From Haliotis rufescens (Eukaryota): a DNA stretch of 64,000 nt. The stretch lies in the NCBI RefSeq assembly GCF_023055435.1, contig NW_025964001.1, forward strand, positions 32,984,001 through 33,048,000. Reading direction: 5' to 3'. The translations under genes were made by a program, and so were the position numbers. Below are positions 40,621-52,700 of this stretch, piece after piece (within the stretch, counting starts at the first letter, position 1; every line of letters begins with the position of its first letter). The notes under the pieces were generated by a model. The model made no database searches and was not told the DNA's origin. It saw nothing but the letters and a program-made list of their open reading frames with translations.

Positions 40621-41383
40621 TGAGATATCAATATAACGTACAGCCTCTTTAAGGATGTAAGCAAAAAGTACACGCTTTAATCATATCTTCCCGTATTTAA
40701 ATAATGATGACTCCCCGAATAGAATCAGACCGCGGCAATGTCGGACAAGTCCATTTCATGCACATGAGGGTTATATTGGTCTTTCGAAAATATTCTCACA
40801 ATTGTTGCGTCGATTACTGTAATTTTGCTCCTAATACCGATTGATATATCTATCTCACTTTTGGATGTTATCGTTCGGTCAATGCGTTTATCTGCGTTGC
40901 CCTGTTACATCTATGGGGAACACCTCACTAGACACTTCCCTCTAAAAAATAACGTTGTCCTATATACTGACGTCATAAAATATGTTTGAATCTCCAGAAA
41001 TGACGTCCTGATAGAACAATATGCTTCGTTCTTCATTGTTCTTTGCGAATATTCATTATTCATCAATATCTCATATTTCATTTAGACATTAAAATGACTT
41101 TAAAGGACATCATTTGAAAAACGTTTACTTACATATGTTGACACTAGTTGCATATACACAGTGCAGGCAACAGACAAGCAGCCTCGCCGTCCACATATCT
41201 CCGGCCTGTGTGCATATACCTCTACTCGCTGTGGTTTACCCAACAGGGAAGAAGAACGCTCACAACGGTTCGAAAGAAGTGATTATTGTAACGCATAATC
41301 TGTGAAAGACTTTTTTTTTCGATGAATTGCAATATCATAGTATCGAATTTTCCTAATGCGATTACATATACCATGAGCTAAAT

Positions 41384-41532
41384 ATAGAATACTAAACGAG
41401 CTCCCGTGTAATACCAATTTTATGAAACGAGTGAATAGTTGTGGTATCTGACGAGCGAAAGCGAGTCAGATACCGCAACTATTCACGAGTTTCATAAACT
41501 TTGTTTTACACGAGAGCGAGTTTAGTATTTTA
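41384..41532. repeat. ~150-bp fold-back palindrome
   Basis: Arms pair around the centre GACGAGCGAAAGCGAGTC; part of a B-specific insertion (~41381-42134). Confidence 0.8.
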
Positions 41533-42137
41533 TTTATTACTTGCCATTTATAGCGTTTTTTTAGAATTATGCTGTTGAATGTGAATATGCTGACACCTAC
41601 ATGACCCACGGCATAATCCAATTGAGTTCAACATAATAATACTTCAAACACGTCAAAAGTTGAAACATAATTATGAATTTAATACCATTCAGGCGTCCGT
41701 TCCACAAAACTATCGTAGCCCTAAGGTTATCGCAACTCACGTACTTTAACTTAGACCAACGACTGTCGTTGCGCTACAGTACGATCGCCTTGTGGAACGG
41801 GGCCTTGCACCTCAAAGTTTACAATCACGTCACAGTACCCGATGACGTAAGTTGTGGAATTTTGTTGCAAGATCCAACGGCGAAACAATGCCATGTGACG
41901 TCAGCCTAGCAACAAGTTTGCTGGGGTTATCGAGTGTGGATAAGCTCCTCTCAGTGATCTATCATCTCCACCCGCAATGTCGCTCAATAAGCCAAGGGAT
42001 GTCGAGAGCTTTCAATATTTGTTCGTAAAACGTGTTCCGAGAGTACATAAGCACGCGTTTTGGTATTACACAATGTGTAATACAGCTGTATGTTTATTAA
42101 ACGGGTGATCTCTTCACGGGCAAGTAATACATTTAGT

Positions 42138-42600
42138 TACGAGGGTTGATTGATAAGATCTGAGCCTCACGAAGAATTGATTAAGATGGAAATCTTTCGT
42201 TGAGGACATTACATTATATAGAGGTATATACACAGTACTTGGGTCATTTGAACACATTGTTTCGCTGTGACAAGCCAGTAAAATACGCAGGGGTCTGCGA
42301 CCTTTACAAAAGTGGATAAACTTTAGGAACGTGGAGTGATCAAGAACTTGCAATCTTCTGTTTGGACTCAGACCGGTCGTAGTGAAACAAGGGTTTCATC
42401 CATACTCATAAATCGTTAAACAAAAATCGTTCTGCGTCAGCTTCACACAGAGCTAGATTATCACGGGAGACGTTCCTGGTGCGTTTTTCTGATCAGATGT
42501 CATTGCTAGATTTTCTGTGAAGTAATCTGTCCTCGGGAAAGAAATACGACGCTGCCCACTTAGACTTATTCTTTGCTGCCCACCTTTTAACAGTTGTTTA
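42138..42600 (-). mobile_element. Old mariner relic (paralogous copy at ~62028-62440)
   Basis: TACGAGGGTTGATTGATAAG terminus; on the minus strand GWMKPLFHYD (cf. DE.W..HYDPE). Confidence 0.5.
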
Positions 42601-43941
42601 GGAAGGAGCACCAATCCCTGTTATGAAAACCATTCCTTCCAGGTCAGCTTAAAACTTCACCTTTAATCAACCTTCGTACATACCACACCTCAATATTTCA
42701 TGCTTTCCAAAAGAGGAAGAGACTATCCCCCCTTCATTTACTTCCTGTGTGACAGGTTGGAATTTATGCATAATATAGCACAGGGAACTGTTGTATCTAT
42801 TTGCAAGAAATTGTAACATTCATTATTATTTCATTTCCTTCATCAGTTACGCGAATTCTCATAACCTACACTTCGTTTCTACATCTGCCTGTGTCCTGTT
42901 TGTGCATGTGTTGATGACGGGTGCCACTGGTGGGGCATATATACGCTCACCTTTTCGCGAACACCTGGTGTCATCGCTATTTGATAGTGATTCATAAACA
43001 TGTGCAAATGATATAGTAAGAGTCGTACATTGCTAAATATTCATGGCCTGCAAATGCGTCTTGAGGTCACCGAGAGCATCTGCTGAAAATGGCAACACAG
43101 TCAAGGCTGATGAAAAAATGCGTCAAAAGCGTGAAACTTATCAGTACAATTCAAACTGTCGGACATGTTTCATGGACAGTTAATCGGGTTTAAAAGGATA
43201 TACACGGTTCGTTTTTGTTCATCTTATTTGAAATCCCTGTTAAAATCATTCTCAAAATGTCTGACGCTGCTAACCTTGCCATCTTTGCACGATCAGCGAT
43301 GTTGTTTATTGAATAAGCCATGTAGCTTATCGTAAAGGTAACGTGCGGCCTTACATTCTGTGTTTAATATTCATTTAAGATCATGCACATGAACGCAAAA
43401 CATTTCGTTATTAACAGTGTCAGCTGAGGGGAAATCGTCCAACTGTGTCCTCCCTTCTGTGGTCAACCTGAGCCATGTGAACTGACACACGTCCATTCAG
43501 CGAAATAGATAATCAGCTGCATGTACATATTTAAAAGAAGATAATTGTTTTCTGCCACAAATCAAATTACTTCCGGATGTTTTCAATCATCACGGTCCTA
43601 ACGTCTGTTGCTTGATTAACGACGCACTCAGCAATATTCCAGCTATATAACGGCTGTTTTCTTTATCCGTAAAAAGTCATTTCCAACTAATTAGTAACAT
43701 ATTTTAAAACCAGTCAAGAGAAACATGTCAGTGTTCAAAAACAACATGCGTCTTGTCTATTTCCAAATGACTGAATGTGTACCCTATACTATGAATATGT
43801 TGCATTGCTGTGTTGAGGACCTCCTTGACAAGGACATTTAGGTTATATTCAAGTTATCGAATTGCGAAGTGACTTAGGTTATAACTAACTATTATGTTAT
43901 GATGTTTTAGTAGTCATGATCACCAGCCTAGACAAGCATGT

Positions 43942-44160
43942 AGGGGGCACGTGCGGCCCAGTCGGTTTCGCTGCCACAATTCGCTGTGTAGAGCTGCTTC
44001 CCTTTGGCACACCAGAAACCTGTACGTGTGGGTTCGTGCTTGTGGGTTTCAAAGTTGTAACCTGCAACAACTTCGGACTTTCCTCCTACATTGAACTGAC
44101 ACGCAGTGATATAACTGGAATACTGTTAAAAGCAGTGTTTAACCCAACTAACCCACTCAC
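43942..44160 (+). mobile_element. Degenerate SINE family 2 (paralogous copy at 63761-64000)
   Basis: Same flank (GACAAGCATGTAGGGGGCACGTG) in both segmental duplicates. Confidence 0.75.
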
Positions 44161-45689
44161 TTTTCACGGAAAGAAATCAAGAAATGATCGTTTTAAAGGA
44201 CAAGTAATGTGAAAAAAATTATATTTCGCATATCGATTTTCCTAGATACATCTAGTCAATTTTCGAGAGATATATTCGTAATATCCGTACAAAAAGTATC
44301 AAATTTTCCAAGTGAAAGTTCTGAAATCACAGGCCCTGTAATCGGCTTCCACAACAAACCTCCAAAGGGGATGATCTAAAGCTGTTTTCATTCAATTTGG
44401 CTGATAGGTTTGCCGCCTTTATATATCTTGTGCTTCTTAGCCGTAATACATAGATTTCTGCTATTTCCTGTAATCCTACAAAAAAATAATAGCATTTAGC
44501 GTTAACCGCTAAACTGTGTTATTGTTAGCGTCGCCATATATGGGTTTGTTTATATTGCTATCGCTATGCTGCTGGTTATCCGCTTACACAGCGGAAACCG
44601 ATAACAAAATTCCAGCCTGCTGTACAGTAGGTGGAATTCATTCGCTCGCTGTGCTCACCTCGTCTGCTAGTTCACAGAGGAGTGGTGATAGTTAAATGAT
44701 ATGCTCTCGCTGCTTCGGCTTCTCACCCTTGTTTAGCCATCCACACATATTTGCCACTACTACCAAAGAAAATATCTTCTTTTCTATTTTCATAGCGTCA
44801 GTCCACCAATAACAACATTGTATGCATTGTGAAATATGTGAAACGACCTTTGATCTTGGCATCGTGAATAATTGAAATAGCAACTAACAATCTATAACTA
44901 GCGTTTTATTACTAACAACCTGTTTGAGTAATAAAGTACCAGCTGCATCGGCCCGATTCCACACAATAAATGCCTGTCAGGGATAAATCCCCTGAGTAAA
45001 CAACTGAAGGCATCTTCAGTGTTGTTACATAGGTGACATAAGTTGTGGACATGGTTAACAAATAGATGAACAGACAGAAAAAAGACATAACGTATTTAAT
45101 AAATCCGAGGCAGAAGCAAGCAGACTGGGCGTCGCCCCCGTCATGATCGTTGAAATTGCACAGCACGTCAGACACCGGGAACCCGTTTTAACCCCAGTAA
45201 GGGGGATCCCCTCATTGGTGGTTTGTTTCGTTTTGACGACTTTGCATGTCGTTTTATCGTCTGTTTTAAGCTATTTACGTTTTTCAAATATGATTTTGGT
45301 CAAACATTTATCATTATGTATGCCCTAAAGTACGAACAATTTTACAAAGCTGCTATGGTGACTTTACATGCCCTTTAAGGTAATGGAAGCGCCGTACAAT
45401 GTATTGAAGAGGCTTTCATCGATATTGGTTAGAAATTCACACCGCCCATTGGTTCATAGAACAATCAGTTCTATGTTTAATACTGACGCGAGACACCTGG
45501 ATAATACAGATCATGACTAACGTAAATTGTAGCGTAGACCATTTGGGTCCAAACGCAACCTCTGCTTTCAGTAAGTGGCTGATCTGTTTCCTCATGTATG
45601 TGAATCATAATTTCTGCTCTGGTTGGCAATGTAAAAATATGTTACTTGGCCAAGAAGTTTACATCTGTTACATATTTAGATCTATGCAT

Positions 45690-46140
45690 AAAGATTTAGA
45701 GTGACTCTTCACAAGACTGTATGACAAGAGGGATGAGTTCAACTTTTAATAGTCAACTTTGCCTTTATGTCGAGCACTATTCCGGCAGCTCCAGCCATTA
45801 GTGTCTACATTTCGCAACTATGAAATACAATCGAGCATGTTCTTTCTACCAAGGATTCAAAGAGCGTCATACAACTCTTGCTGAGAAGTTGTTTGATTAT
45901 GGTTACAACATTTATGGTAGACATGTGGGGGACGTTTCCAAATTTGACGCAACAGTAACAAAAATGATTTCCTATTTTCACTTCTACCACATGTTCCCGT
46001 ATTGTTTTAGGTGAACAGAGGTCTTTGCATGTTTTTTTGTGACTGGTGCCACCGATGGAGCAGGATACGCTCCCCTTTTCGCGAACACCTGGAATCACCA
46101 CTATTTGAGAGTGATTCATAACCACATGCTCAAGATATAG
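45690..46140 (+). mobile_element. Penelope-like element fragment
   Basis: TRLYDKRDEFNF, VYISQL*.YNRACSFYQGFKERH. Confidence 0.7.
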
Positions 46141-48461
46141 TCGGATTCGTATAATCGACTCTATTTTTGGCAGAGATTTCTTATGAATATAGAAAGGGTC
46201 GCTTTTATTTAAAAGATCGGGTGGTTAGGTTAGGTGGCTTTGGTGGCGTTGAACGTTGCTTATGATATCAAACGCTAGTTTGTCAGGCCCATATGACAAT
46301 ATATTCGTGATATCATAGCTGTGATATTGCGGACTGCGGCGTTAAACACAACTGTATCATGAATCTGGAAATTACTTGATTCCGAATCGAATCCGATCGA
46401 AATAACCACCTCTAATTGAAACAGTCGATATGATGGCCGCATCAAGCTGCTTCCTTCAAACTGTGGACAGAGCTGGCGGAAGTTTCACGTATAGAGACAA
46501 ACTGAATACGCGGGCTATTTTGGCCCTGTCAATTAATGATTTAATAACGACATTGTCACACAGATTGTACTCTTAGCTTCAGTAAATTGTTTTTGTACGC
46601 ATAACTACATAAACCACTTTCATTCATAATGTTTCAATTTCTTCTGTAACATTTGTAGCCTCAGATATCGCAGTGATGTACCTTATTATTTTTATCAGGT
46701 TGTAAACAATGAGCACTGGTTGGTAACATCCACTACTCAGAACCAAACTTCCCTTGATCCACACATACATGTATGACATGATTTGTTACATGAAGTAAGC
46801 GAGTGGCTAAATTTCGGAACACGATTTTAAGATCGTCTGGAAACAGTTTGTATGAATAAGATTGTTTCACAACATAAGACGAAACACGTTTGTGTATAAA
46901 AGTACATTTTATTCATATAGTTTCAAGAAGCTGATCATTTAATATAGGACACGTAACCTGCTGGTGGCACTAAATTGTTATGAGTGTGTATTCAATGTGC
47001 ATTCAAATTTTATTTTCCGTTCCCAACTATGAGACTAGGTTAACATACGCACTACGATCTCACCCTACCTGGTACCCATTCCGAAGCCCCGGAAACCCTC
47101 TCGAATCAAGCTGCCAAACACGGACCCACCAATCTTCTCTCCGCGACCAACGTTGGGGAAATTCGACTGATTTGTGACCTGTGTGCATCACGTGAAGCAT
47201 GTATACATGACAAATACCTTCCGCACTAAGTCACAATTGTATGGCAAATGATAAAGGATGCAAAATGCAAATATATGATAAACTCATTGTGCACATATCT
47301 GTATGTGCAATTATTCATTATCTATGGTTCACAGTAGGTAATAAACATTTGGTGATAAACCTTTTTTTGCATAGGAAAACGTTTGTAGATGTACACACTT
47401 GCGGAAATGAAGGTCACAGTTGGGATCCAACATTTTGTCAAATGGGTCAATTAATGCTAACATTAACTCATGTATCCGGCCCCAACGGTGGCACCCGCCA
47501 CAATCACATGCAAGGGTAAATCAATTGTTGGACTCAAAATTGATAATTGCATCGGACATCATTTTGGACACGCATGCGTTAAATTTGTAAATGTCTTTCA
47601 CGTGTCCACCATCATCAGAGAGCTTTACTAAGGCCTCGAGTGCTGTAAGCAACTCTTGGGCTTAAGTCGTCGGACGTTTTTTGAAATATTCGTAGGAAAA
47701 GCATGCTCGATATCGATTGTACCTCAAAAGATTTGAAATGTGGACAAAAAAAGCTGGAGCTACTGGAATATAACGAAAAGGCAAACTACAATCAACTTCT
47801 CAAGACAATTAAATGGCGCATACGATAGTATTTAGATAGTACTTATCATAACCATTGATAAAAACCGACAAAACCTGTATTCAGAACAAAAACCTGCATA
47901 AAAAGTTAAACGATGGTGATTAAATAATACTTGTGTATAATATTGTGTAAAGAAATCAGGTGTGAATATGGTTGCAAAATGGGAAACTTTTTCAAAATAT
48001 CTGATTACATTACTAATAACAAATTATTCATTGAATTAATTAAGTTTAACGGAATATTAATCTACTGCAGATGTATTTTTGAAAGTTGAGAGAAATTAAG
48101 GTTTGAAACGCGTTTTGAATATGTTCAGTCAGTTGAGAGAGGCCTCAAAGTGGCAACGTGTTACAATGCATGTGGGCGTATTATTTGAACAAGAAATACA
48201 TAAGTAAACATAAACATGTAAATATATTTTACAATATAGAAAAAGATATATGGAAATTATTACGTGAAATTAAGTGTCTGAATCGTCTTCAAAACTGCCA
48301 TACAAAAGAGAGCATACACTTGAAAATCGGATTTGACCCAAAAGTTACAAACGTTATCAAAACGTTAGCCGGGTATCTGTGAACCAACTCAAACTGACAT
48401 TGACAATACCCGTTTCACTCTGCCCATTATATTACCTTCGAATTTCTTGTTTGTTTCGCTT

Positions 48462-48590
48462 TTTCGCTCGTCAAGCCGAAGACCCGGGTTCGATTCCCGA
48501 CATGGGTACAATGTGTGAAGCCCATTTCCGGTGTCCCCCGCCGTGACATTGCTGGAATATTGCTAAAAGCGGCGTACAACCATACTCACT
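48462..48590 (+). mobile_element. 5'-truncated SINE family 1 between ~90-bp direct repeats
   Basis: SINE body; 48370-48458 is repeated at 48605-48693. Confidence 0.8.
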
Positions 48591-49058
48591 AGTGGGCTGA
48601 ATGTCGGGTATCTGTGAACCAACTCAAACTGACATTGACAATACCCGTTTCACTCTGCCCATTACATTGCCTTCGAATTTTTTTGTTGTTTCGATTTAAA
48701 CCACCCTCACCACCCTCACCACCCTCACCACCCTCACACCTCACACTCTTCAATGTTAAACTGCATCACTAATACATTTTTAACCACTCTTTAACTTAGA
48801 AGTACTTACTTTAATTTATTTCATAATTGTTACATAATATCCGCCAAGATGTGGTTCTTTGATCTATAAAGAGAGACTTTTGCTTCAAACTAGTTTTCAT
48901 CCAGCAACACTTGAAAGATAACCCCATGTTATGTACAGTTACATTTCTCATGTCCTAGAAGTACTTCCCTTTGTACGACCAGACACTACTACCTATACTA
49001 TCCGGATCTCTGCAACAAATATATCATTACCACGATTTCAATTATCTCTGACGACAGA

Positions 49059-49776
49059 TCATGTGTTATACTCATCAGTGGCCTTACATGTGGTCTCATA
49101 CGTATGGTTGTAGGTGTCATCCAACCTGATCACATCAGGCCCAGCACTAGCGACATCATAGTCACCTTCTTCAAACACCTTGTCTATCGCGCCAATGTGA
49201 CTGTACGAGTCATTTACTTTTCTGGCGTTCTCCCCTTGCTGTGGGGTGTCGTAGTTTCCCTCTGCAGCTTCCGTGGGGTCATACAAACCAGCATCACTTT
49301 TATCCCCTCCCGTGGAGCTGCACTTCTCGAAGGTGTGGTACTGAACACCCTCGTCGGAGTTGGCTACACCAGAACCTCCTGCAGATTTGTCCAGTCCAGT
49401 GTCCCTTCCATCTCCGCTTCTGTACTGTAGAATACATTCTGCTGTGTCGTAGTCGGGTCCGGAGAGATGCATGTAGGGCTTTCCTCCTGGCATGTCGGTG
49501 TGTTGTTTACTGGGCGTTGAGAGAGAATTGGACACCTTCTCAACATCAGTCTCAGGATGGTTCACGTAGAATTTCTCAGTGTGAGCATTGGGGTTTACTG
49601 TCGCCGTTGGAACAGGGGGAGTGAAAGGCTTCCCGTCAATTGTGTCTGGGGTTATAACAGAATATGCGCCATTGTCTCTCGGAACATCGAGACCGTCGTA
49701 GATCGTGTTTTCTGTTGGCGGGTTGAAGTTCACCTGTTGATTCGTATCTCTTCTATCCAAATGGAGTTTGCGTTGT
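49059..49776 (-). CDS. Exon 10: cytoplasmic tail with ITAM and multiple pTyr motifs
   Basis: Acceptor TTTCAG|A, phase 2; 14 Tyr; ends at TGA. Confidence 0.85.
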
Positions 49777-52700
49777 CTGAAACAACATTTGAAACATGAT
49801 TGAATGTGATGTACAAACATGCCCTTAATAATAAGTTCAAATAAGTTATGCTTACTTTATTGTTAATATTTAGCACAGTAAGTGGTTAATAAGTTCAGTT
49901 GTTCTTTTTAAGTGGTATACGCAAAGTAATCATTGGAATAACTTTGAAGGAAAATGGCCCCACTGGTCATCTCGGTCGGATTTGAGAGGAATCCATATTT
50001 AATAAGTTCACGTGACTGTCATATCACTGGCGGCAGTCGTGACCATTATATAAATGCTTCTCGATATCAACTTGTATAGTATGGTATACTAAGGAATTAT
50101 GCTATATTACTACTCCATTGCGTCCCGATGTATCATGACTAGTGGATCGAAATGTGTCGGGGCTTGTATCCCGTCCTCAACACTGACAAAACTGTCATGC
50201 TACTCATTTATAGGTCATATGGATTTGGCGAAAACACATGTTTGTGAATGGATGCACTAGTGTTGAATGTGGTTGCTTCAATGTTTGCCCGATATGTGCG
50301 TGTAACATATCATTTTCACACAGAAATATACAGCATTGCTCAATACCAGTAGAGAAAGCTTAAGATCAATTACTAATGTGTAAACCATCCTGTTGAAATA
50401 TAAGAAAAGTGATACATGTAGAAATTGTCTTATTTCACAAAACAGTTGCTTCAAAGATTTAAATAAACATCACATTAATTTAACAAAATAACAAGTTACA
50501 TGTCAAGAATGGTATCTGATAAATGAATTCATTCTTCAGATTCTGGTTTCTTTTCGCTATTTAAAGAAGTGCTGCCAGGAACCTCACCTTTGCAGAAGAA
50601 ATACAAGAGTCACGACTACCAGGAAGAAAACCACACATCCTGCAGCCAGCCCTATGCTTACACCTGGACAAAAAGGAAGTGTTAGATGTCAAAAGCTTGA
50701 TAAATATGTTAAACGTACATACTAGTTTACACAAGAAATATTGGGCATGTCCAGTAAGTATGTATACTATACTGAAGTAAACGATCACTATTGAATGCAC
50801 ACCGAAAACTGCTACCTTCATAGAAGTACACAATATATAATAATATGTCATGCAATCATGACAAGGGGCCTGTTACAAACAGAGCTAAGATGATTGTACT
50901 TTTGATATTTTAGCATAAACTAACAACAGTTGTGGAGCTAAATGCCCATTTCTGGTGTTCCCCGCCTGATAAAACTGTAATATTGCTATAATCTGCGCAA
51001 ACTCATACTCATTCACTAAGTCGCATTGTGGAATATTGAGTACTACTATATACAAACAATTAATTTTCAATATTGTAAGGAATAGAGATACGTGAAACTG
51101 AATTCTCTATCGCTTTCACATGGACTGTTGATAATACTGTAATTGGTAATTGTGATGATAGATGAGGTTTTACACCACTTTTAATAATATTTAAAAGTGA
51201 GGAATCGAACCCTGCTCTTTAGTGTAGCGAGCGAGCGTTTTTATGACAGGGTTACCTCTGCAGTGACCACTTACCCTTCTGAATATCAAGAGCTGACGGA
51301 CTGTCTGTGGTGGGATGAGAGGGATCAGCCCTGGAAACTGTTGATAAAGATGACGTTGCTAGTTTAGATATGATGGAACGGGTGATATAACAAGTGAAAA
51401 AGTCTCCNNNNNNNNNNNNNNNNNNNNNNNNNNNNNNNNNNNNNNNNNNNNNNNNNNNNNNNNNNNNNNNNNNNNNNNNNNNNNNNNNNNNNNNNNNNNN
51501 NNNNNNNNNNNNNNNNNNNNNNNNNNNNNNNNNNNNNNNNNNNNNNNNNNNNNNNNNNNNNNNCGGGCGGTAGTAAGATCTGAGGAAGAAAGGAACACAT
51601 TCCTTCATTAATAAGAAAAAGGACGATGTTGTTTTGCATTTTAGTATCATCTTATAACATTATCTGAGCGATGTATACGAGTGAATTAAAGAGAATCCAC
51701 TCCTCTTTACCATTGTGTAAAACAACATATTCGTCTGACGTGCTTAGTACCTTCACAAACAGAGGCAAGGCGAAAATGGCAGGGTAGCCAGTATGGTTTC
51801 CAGACGCCATCTTTTTTCAAAGCTTGGCATGTCGATATTTGTGAAACAACGAACGGAAGGAAGATGTAATCCTCATTTCCATTGGCCTCTTGTCCTGGAA
51901 ACATACAATTATCCACTGACTGTACAATGCAACCAGCGGTATTAATTATTCTAATTGATAAGGTTATGTTAATAGTTGTACATACTTACGTAAATAGATG
52001 AATGTATTTGGTTCTATGCTGTTGCTGTCTAGTTATTTGTAGTAATCAACTGCTAACTTATTAATTCAAACAAATCAAAGACCAATTTCCCGCTGTAAAC
52101 GTTTTTTACAATTTAGTGAGTGGCTGAGTATGTTTTTACGCCGCTTTTAGCAATATTCCAGCAATATCACGGCGGGGACATCAGAAATGGGCTTCACACT
52201 TCGTACCCATGTCGGGAATCGAACCCGGGTATTCGGCATGACGAGCGAACGCTTTAACTACAAGGCTACCCGACCGACCCTTTTTACAATTTAAACTGAC
52301 AGGTTAGCACAAAATAATAAAACGCACCATCGACGTATTTCCTTGAGACTTTCAATACAAGCCCAATCCAAAAGTAATCAGTTGGTCCTTTAATATTTTG
52401 GATCTCTCTTGCAGTGGAATCGTTGAGTCTGATCAAATCATTTGAGTAATGAGCATGTGTCCATGTCTGTCTTTCCGCTGATGAGGACACGCACACGCCC
52501 CCACTACAGTTTGCCTGGGGAGTATCTACAAACACATGAAATACGACGTCCGGTAACGTCTTTTTAGTTGTACATTTAGAAAGTAGCGGATGGTAACACA
52601 AGATGACAGAGTAAAACGCAATATATGGGATTTTATAAGTTCGTATTTTAGTAAAATCGTTGTGATGATATGCTTATAAGATAGGCCATGACAATACAAG

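Larger units (their letters stand above)
32341..41196 (-). pseudogene. CTL/WSC receptor paralogue B (frameshifted)
   Basis: Exons: 41196-41133, 37434-37237, 37098-36968, 36562-36430, 36091-35961 (131 nt, -1 frameshift), 35443-35243, 33561-33467 (95 nt, internal deletion then TAG), 33075-32995, 32415-32341 (TM exon, 75 vs 76 nt, TGA). No homologue of the long tail exon. Confidence 0.85.

Noticed and set aside
43107-43145. CTGATGA...GAAAC hammerhead-like motif (paralogue at ~62818-62855)
   Set aside because: No convincing stem I or stem II pairing.
49104-49799. + strand ORFs overlapping the tail exon
   Set aside because: Antisense shadows of a GC-richer coding exon.
50561-50851. 96-aa hydrophobic ORF (and 32448-32630) as the TM segment
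   Set aside because: Mostly intron and in the wrong frame. The TM is the 76-nt exon 50663-50588.
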